Shown: in pieces, positions 58,273 to 64,000 of the stretch
How positions within the stretch are numbered: the stretch's first letter is position 1
Layout of the letters: every line of letters starts with the position of its first letter
Source: Spirochaetota bacterium
GTDB taxonomy: Bacteria > Spirochaetota > UBA4802 > UBA5550
NCBI GenBank assembly: GCA_963664815.2
Contig: CAXXHB010000003.1
Location: forward strand, 3,008,001 to 3,072,000
DNA: 64,000 nucleotides
Reading direction: 5' to 3'
Translations under genes and position numbers: made by a program
Notes under the pieces: model-generated
The model's input: only the letters and a program-made list of their open reading frames with translations
Told to the model about the DNA's origin: nothing
Database searches by the model: none

Positions 58273-59361
58273 CTACTCGCTCTTAGTTGTTCTCTTCATC
58301 ATCTCTTTTAAATCAGATCTTGATGTCGCTGTCATTATTGTTCTTGATCTCCATTCACTGTCATTTTTAAGATAACCTGTCGAGAGACCGACTGCGTCAA
58401 ATGAATTTACCAGTCTTGTAATACCGTTTTTATCAACTATAAATTTTTTACCCGACGCAACGCAGTAGAGTTCGGAATTCTTTAAGAGAGTATCCACAAG
58501 ATCTTTTTCTTCAGTCCCCGATATTATACTCATGAATTTACCCGATTCGAATACTGCCATGTAACTGTAATTCCGGCCATAGAAAACCACTTTGTTGAGA
58601 TCTTTATTAATCTCAAAAGTCTCTCCGTCATTTACTATAATAAGATCACCCCTGTTGAAATATGGTTTTGCCATTGTCATGAAGAGTGTCAGCTTTACCG
58701 GATTCATATAGTGTTCCTTTATATAATCAAGATGCTTTTCACGTTTCTTCTTCTCTTCCGGGTCTTTGAGCGGTTTAAGCTTCTCTTTTTTCAGTTTGAT
58801 CAGGGCTTCCAGTTTAATGCCTGTAAACTTTTCTATTGATGTATAACCTGAATACAATACTGGGGGCTGCGTCACAGCTTCCCCCTCTTTTTTTATCTCA
58901 TTACTGTTTTTTTCAGCGGTACCTTTCTCAGTATCCTTTGTTTCACTGCTGCTTTTTTCTTCACTGATTTTTTCTTTGTTATTCAACCCTGATTTGTTAA
59001 GATCAGGATCCGTATAGACCGGTTCCGTGATGGAATTATATTCTTCATCAGAAATAAATGCTTCATCCTTAAAATCAGTTTCTGCAGATGGCAAAACCTT
59101 GTACCAGTACCTGACCCCCCTTTCGACAGTTATATCCTCAAATTTCGGGTCTGACGTCTGAGCTACTGTTACGAACCCGTTTGTTTTATTATCTGAACGG
59201 GTTACCGTAAATGTGACACCATCCTTTTTCTCCCACTCTACGATTATTCTGTCGCTGTAAATTCCCTGTGTTACAGTAACATTTTTAAGAGAGCGGAGAT
59301 GCGTATTGTTATCTCCGAAGAGAGTAACAGTAAATAACAGATTTATAATATTTATCAGCAT
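58273..59361 (-). CDS. Exported hypothetical protein with N-terminal fibronectin-III-like segment
   Basis: Signal-like N-terminus, QG.YSDRI.V.W, F.D..V..G..YWYKV; charged linker. Confidence 0.65.
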   Translation of the reverse strand: MLINIINLLFTVTLFGDNNTHLRSLKNVTVTQGIYSDRIIVEWEKKDGVTFTVTRSDNKTNGFVTVAQTSDPKFEDITVERGVRYWYKVLPSAETDFKDEAFISDEEYNSITEPVYTDPDLNKSGLNNKEKISEEKSSSETKDTEKGTAEKNSNEIKKEGEAVTQPPVLYSGYTSIEKFTGIKLEALIKLKKEKLKPLKDPEEKKKREKHLDYIKEHYMNPVKLTLFMTMAKPYFNRGDLIIVNDGETFEINKDLNKVVFYGRNYSYMAVFESGKFMSIISGTEEKDLVDTLLKNSELYCVASGKKFIVDKNGITRLVNSFDAVGLSTGYLKNDSEWRSRTIMTATSRSDLKEMMKRTTKSE

Positions 59362-59740
59362 AGAAAACTCTTATACGTTTAATTTTCAACAGCAATTCCT
59401 TAACTTTTTTATAGTAGAAAATGCTATATTCTCACCTCTGCCTTCGTCGGCGGTGAGATACAATCGCTTATTTTCACTAAAATATATGTTAAGGATTTAA
59501 AATTGAAATTCAATATTAAAAAGGTATCATTTGTCAATACACAAATTTAAAATTTATAGTCAGTAATTTCCTTAAAGTATATTCTGATATAAAAAATAAA
59601 TACATTTTTCTGTGCCCTTCCGATGTATGACAGATGTAATCATTTCATATTATAAAAAAATTAAGGAATAATTACTGGTTTATTGTGTATATTATATTTA
59701 AATTTATTTAAAGCCGTAATTTAACTATGGAAACTTATTA

Positions 59741-61240
59741 ATGGAAGAGAAATCAAGGTATAACATAAAAAGAGTATCCCTGCTGCGGATAAAGCTGGTG
59801 GCTGTTTTTTCGGTTTTATTCGCTGTTGCCTTTGCAATAATTTCACTTGCAAGCTACAGGGTAAGCAGGGCTATGATTACTGACGATATTGACATGCAGA
59901 CACAGGAGGTTGTCAACGGTCATGCTGCCGAGATTGACCAGTGGATATCAAAAATGTATGCAATCGTGGACTCAGGCTCCTATCTGATTGAAAAGGGCAT
60001 ACAGGATGACAGAAATGTGACATCGGATCTGTTTAACAACTTCAGCATGGTCTCTTCTTTCTCAGATATCTATTACGGTTCAGCTTCGGGACGATTTATA
60101 AGCGGTAAAAAGTGGATTCCTCCTGCGGGCTACGATCCACGGGTACGGCCATGGTTTACCACTGCCGTCAGGAACAGGAAGACATCTTTGGCGGATATAT
60201 ATTCAGATTACGAAACAAATTCCCTTGCTCTTTCAATCTCTGCGCCCGTTTATAAAAGAGATGGTTCTTTAAGAGGGGTACTTTCGGCCGATCTCCTTCT
60301 CCGCACCATCGGGGAGAAACTTAAGAATATAAGGGTCAGCGGCATGGGATATGCCGTACTCCTTGACAGCAGGGGGAGAGCCCTTGTCCATCCGGACAAA
60401 TCACTGGCCGGAACAAATCTTATGGAAAACCGGGAACTCAGCGAAACAATAGGAATTATTCTCAATAAAAAACAGGGACGGGTTGATTTCAATACAGGGA
60501 TTGAAAAACTCGCTGTATTTACAACCATACCCACATCCGGCTGGATACTCGGCATTGTCATCACAAAAGATGAAATCTACCATGATTTAAGAATTCTATC
60601 TGTAAAATTTACAATCCTCTTTCTTATTTCACTGATTATTGTCATTCTCACTTCCATGTATTTTGCCCACAAACTCACATATTTCATGTATCTGCTTGAA
60701 AAAACAGTTGAAGCCCGCACTTCCGAGCTAAAGGAAAAAATAGCCGAGGTGGAATACCTTTCTCTTACAGACCCGCTTACAGGGATATCAAACAGGCGTA
60801 AAATTGAATCATTCCTTAAATCCGAAATAGAGAGATCCTCCCGTACAGGTAGCCTCCTCTCCGTTATAATGGTCGATATTGATCATTTCAAACAGTTTAA
60901 CGACACATACGGTCATGAAACCGGAGACAGAGTGCTGAAGGAATTCGCTGACACACTTAAGACTTCCATAAGGGGGATTGACCTTGCCGGCCGTATAGGG
61001 GGTGAGGAGTTCCTTATTGTATGCCCTGAAACCGGTCTTAATGGCGCCGCCATGGTTGCGGAGAAACTCAGGGCGGCAGTCGAATCAATGAAAATTGAGT
61101 CTGTTGATAGTGTTACAGCTTCATTCGGCTGTGCCTCGTTCATCCATGGTGAAGACTGGAGTCATCTTATCTCCCGTTCGGATAAAGCTCTCTACAGGGC
61201 CAAGGAGAGCGGGCGCAACAGAATTGAAACAGATGCCTAA
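59741..61240 (+). CDS. Diguanylate cyclase with periplasmic dCache sensor
   Basis: TM, YDPRVRPWF Cache motif, TM, TDPLTG..NRR, DIDHFK..ND..GH..GD, RGID I-site and GGEEF. Confidence 0.93.
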   Translation: MEEKSRYNIKRVSLLRIKLVAVFSVLFAVAFAIISLASYRVSRAMITDDIDMQTQEVVNGHAAEIDQWISKMYAIVDSGSYLIEKGIQDDRNVTSDLFNNFSMVSSFSDIYYGSASGRFISGKKWIPPAGYDPRVRPWFTTAVRNRKTSLADIYSDYETNSLALSISAPVYKRDGSLRGVLSADLLLRTIGEKLKNIRVSGMGYAVLLDSRGRALVHPDKSLAGTNLMENRELSETIGIILNKKQGRVDFNTGIEKLAVFTTIPTSGWILGIVITKDEIYHDLRILSVKFTILFLISLIIVILTSMYFAHKLTYFMYLLEKTVEARTSELKEKIAEVEYLSLTDPLTGISNRRKIESFLKSEIERSSRTGSLLSVIMVDIDHFKQFNDTYGHETGDRVLKEFADTLKTSIRGIDLAGRIGGEEFLIVCPETGLNGAAMVAEKLRAAVESMKIESVDSVTASFGCASFIHGEDWSHLISRSDKALYRAKESGRNRIETDA

Positions 61241-64000
61241 AATACCCAGAAAAATGTATGCTTTGTTTCACCCTTCTCTTCTCTGTACTTGTAAAGCCCC
61301 TTGAGGATAGTAAACTTCGTAAAATCCGTTTCCCCTTCTGTTTCATAATCCCACAGCACACCCCATAAGCTTCCACGCGAGTGGTATCTTCTTTCCGGCG
61401 CTTTAACTTCATCATAAAGCGCCCCGAGCAGCCACATCCTTCTGTCCTCTCCGGCTCTCTTATCCTCATTCCGGTAATATACAAGACCAAGAACTCCAAG
61501 ATCAAAGTCACCGTTGCTCTCCTTACTGAAGTAGCTGAGTATCGGCGGCACAACAAGTGTTGTTTCATCCCTGTCGGAGGAATACCAGTAGAGCGGGAGA
61601 ACCCTGTTGTGAAAATAGCTCCCCTCCCTTTCAACACCGGCAAGCCACAGCAGCGCATCAATATCATAATTGTCAGAATTTCTGCAGCCGGTATACTTGA
61701 ACAGAGTTCCCCACAGTAGTCTCATCTCCCTTATTTCCGGGGAAATATCATACTTCATTGTTGTAAACATCATCGAGTAACTGTCTTCCAGATATTTCTC
61801 ACCTGTATACTTTTTATGATCGAAGATATAAAGGATGTTCTGTCTCTCAAAGCCCGGAGAGCTGTGCCAGTATACCCCCGCTACAAAACAAGTCTTCTCC
61901 CCGGGTTCGCTGCCGAGGTATGTCAGGAGCGGGAAGAGTATAATGCTGCTGCTTTTGTCATCTCCGCTCCAGCGGTACAGCGGGAATACCATTGATGTAT
62001 CAGTCCCACTCTCTCCACCCCACCAGTCTATAACTCCGAGAATATTGTGATGGTTTTCGCCTTTCTCCTCCGTAGAGTAATACAGAGGGAAAAGGAAAAA
62101 CCTTTTGTAGTCTTTATCCCTGCAGCGGTCAAGCACACCAAGAAAATTCCAGTGATAACTCTCACCGTAGTTTCTTTTATAAAAGATAGGGAGAAGAGGT
62201 ACCCACAGCGTAGTATCGTTTGCGACAGCGCCGGTTTCTTTTCTCTCTTCACCGCTGTAATAAAACAGTGGTGTGATCGTTTTTTCCGTTGAAATTACCC
62301 CGTCCGATTCACTTCCGTGGTAAAACAGGGGGATCAGCGGAGCGAAGAGAGTATATGATGAGTATGCTCCATCGTTCTTTTCGTTAACGTAATATAACGG
62401 ATTTATCCGCCTGTGTAACTTATACTCTCCGGTTTGTTTATTCAGTATATCTTTGCTGAAGTAAAGTGGGGCCAGTGTTCTTGAAGCTTCATCACCCCCC
62501 TCTTTCCAGTTTTTATGCCATACTAAAGGGAATATTCTGAACCCGCTCATCTCCGGTGAACTGTACCAGTTAACGATCGGCCAGAGAATGGTCTTCTCAT
62601 AACAGTTCTCCTCTGCCCTGTATTCGTCCCAGTAGAGGTTCAACAGGTAAGCCTTTGTATATGACCTGTCCTGGTACTGTGCGGCATAAAAGGGCGCTGC
62701 TACAAAGTATTCTTCTTTTGTCTCCTCAGACTGATACCATAGAAAAAAGGGAAGGACTGTAACAAGTTTATCGTTTGCATCTTTATCCCATGTCAGCCAT
62801 GCAAGCGGCAAAAGCCTGAAGTGCCTCTGCGAATCAGCGCTCTCCCAGGCCATCCAGCCGAAGAGAAGCTGCCACCCCCAGAAGTATTCCGAGTTTTCAC
62901 GGTTCATCCCCCTCTTTTTTGTAATTGCAGGTTTTATTCCCCCATTTTCCGGGACTGTATTACTTTCTGACATAAGAATACTGTTTGAATCATCGACGAC
63001 AACCGATTTAGTATTATTTTTATCCCCCTCCGTTGTTTTCCCGGGAACCACAGCATCACTGTCGGAAATCTTCTCACCGGAAGTGCTTTTATCACCTTTT
63101 TCTCCGAATGGATTGCGTACAGGTATCCTGCTGGAGACACTTACAACATTATATAACCATGAATAATCGGTGTCAAGATACCATGTATCATCCTTTTTCC
63201 CGAGGCCCAGGCCGACATCCGGTGTAAACGGCCCCATAAATGTCTTCAATGCGAAACCGGTAATAACATGAATGTCAGTCTGTTTATCCTTATAACTGAA
63301 TACCAGAGGAAATATAAGCCGACCGGTACTCTCCGCTGATCTCCAGGACCAGTATACCGGTATAAAATGCTTATAATAATACTCTTCTTTCTCTGCAGGT
63401 ACGGTACCCCCTTTTGCCGGGGCTTTTTCAACATACTCCTCGTTTTTATAGTAGAGCCATGACCATAGCGTTCTCCCGGAACTGCGCCAGCTGTAGTAGT
63501 GAAACAGACCGAAGGTATACCCATCTTTCTCCGTTGCCCCCGACGGCCTGCAGTAGAATGGTATCCAGTATTTGTACCCGCTCTCCCCGGTTTCATGAAA
63601 GATAAACGGCACAAACCAGAAGTTCTTCAGATTTTCCTCTTTGTCCCTCTCCCAGTCTATGATCCATGCTATATTTGTATGAGTCCCGCTATCCCTGTCC
63701 CGGCTCCGGAAAACGAGGGGGATTACCGGAAACCAGATGTTTGAATATATCTCTTCGCCGCTTTTAATGTCGGTGACATTGTATTTTGAAAAGATGAGTG
63801 TAGCAAACCCGTTCCGCCTGAATCCGCCTGTTTTCTCCTCCCATGTTGTAAAGAACGGCAGTATGTGGTAGTAGTAATCGCCGCCCCTGTGTCTGTTGTT
63901 TATATAAAGCGGCGGGAGTATCGCAGTGTAACCGTCATCACCCCTCTCCCATAAATATACCGGAAGAAACCAGAACCTTTTCATCCGATCCTCGCCATTA
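61237..64000 (-). CDS. Large aromatic-rich repeat membrane protein (5'-truncated by window edge)
   Basis: Frame is open to the window end (..NGEDRMKRF); dozens of (F/L)P(L/F)(Y/F/W) repeats; C-terminal FFWVF. Confidence 0.75.
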   Translation of the reverse strand, partial: NGEDRMKRFWFLPVYLWERGDDGYTAILPPLYINNRHRGGDYYYHILPFFTTWEEKTGGFRRNGFATLIFSKYNVTDIKSGEEIYSNIWFPVIPLVFRSRDRDSGTHTNIAWIIDWERDKEENLKNFWFVPFIFHETGESGYKYWIPFYCRPSGATEKDGYTFGLFHYYSWRSSGRTLWSWLYYKNEEYVEKAPAKGGTVPAEKEEYYYKHFIPVYWSWRSAESTGRLIFPLVFSYKDKQTDIHVITGFALKTFMGPFTPDVGLGLGKKDDTWYLDTDYSWLYNVVSVSSRIPVRNPFGEKGDKSTSGEKISDSDAVVPGKTTEGDKNNTKSVVVDDSNSILMSESNTVPENGGIKPAITKKRGMNRENSEYFWGWQLLFGWMAWESADSQRHFRLLPLAWLTWDKDANDKLVTVLPFFLWYQSEETKEEYFVAAPFYAAQYQDRSYTKAYLLNLYWDEYRAEENCYEKTILWPIVNWYSSPEMSGFRIFPLVWHKNWKEGGDEASRTLAPLYFSKDILNKQTGEYKLHRRINPLYYVNEKNDGAYSSYTLFAPLIPLFYHGSESDGVISTEKTITPLFYYSGEERKETGAVANDTTLWVPLLPIFYKRNYGESYHWNFLGVLDRCRDKDYKRFFLFPLYYSTEEKGENHHNILGVIDWWGGESGTDTSMVFPLYRWSGDDKSSSIILFPLLTYLGSEPGEKTCFVAGVYWHSSPGFERQNILYIFDHKKYTGEKYLEDSYSMMFTTMKYDISPEIREMRLLWGTLFKYTGCRNSDNYDIDALLWLAGVEREGSYFHNRVLPLYWYSSDRDETTLVVPPILSYFSKESNGDFDLGVLGLVYYRNEDKRAGEDRRMWLLGALYDEVKAPERRYHSRGSLWGVLWDYETEGETDFTKFTILKGLYKYREEKGETKHTFFWVF

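Noticed and set aside
59430-59459. Hairpin TCTCACC..GGTGAGA as a terminator
   Set aside because: It lies between divergent genes with no clear U-tract; function cannot be assigned.
60250-63744. Alternative-frame ORFs within the GGDEF gene and the large membrane protein gene
   Set aside because: They overlap long, motif-supported CDSs in a higher-GC region where chance ORFs are expected.

Overview
Bacterial genomic window, probably from a spirochaete. This is a tentative call based on the RmlD N-terminus and the large aromatic-repeat membrane protein at the right end. (1) Positions ~1-47.3 kb are a very AT-rich, all-minus-strand surface-polysaccharide (O-antigen-like) supercluster. It holds rfbF (partial), wecA, wzz-like, rmlACD, fnlABC/wbuB, per, wzx, wzy, a legionaminic-acid-type block, two gmd homologues, an rmd-like reductase, a sugar C-methyltransferase, three B12-dependent radical SAM enzymes and metK. 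Several intergenic gaps are fossils of deleted genes: up to three dead copies of the EPS-associated MarR regulator, a gmd 3' end, an lgaA-type dehydratase and an istB fragment. (2) Positions ~45.3-58.3 kb are an accessory zone dense in palindromic repeats. It contains a small GIY-YIG nuclease embedded in five double-hairpin repeats, four toxin-antitoxin-type modules partly separated by three co-oriented ~101-bp hairpin elements, two paralogous basic proteins, a 3x105-bp structured repeat and a 12x40-bp tandem array. (3) Positions ~55.4-64 kb are higher-GC backbone-like genes: an ABC exporter, a Cache-GGDEF protein and a large membrane protein truncated at the edge. No rRNA, tRNA or CRISPR was seen. 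All homology calls come from reading motifs by eye; no searches were run.
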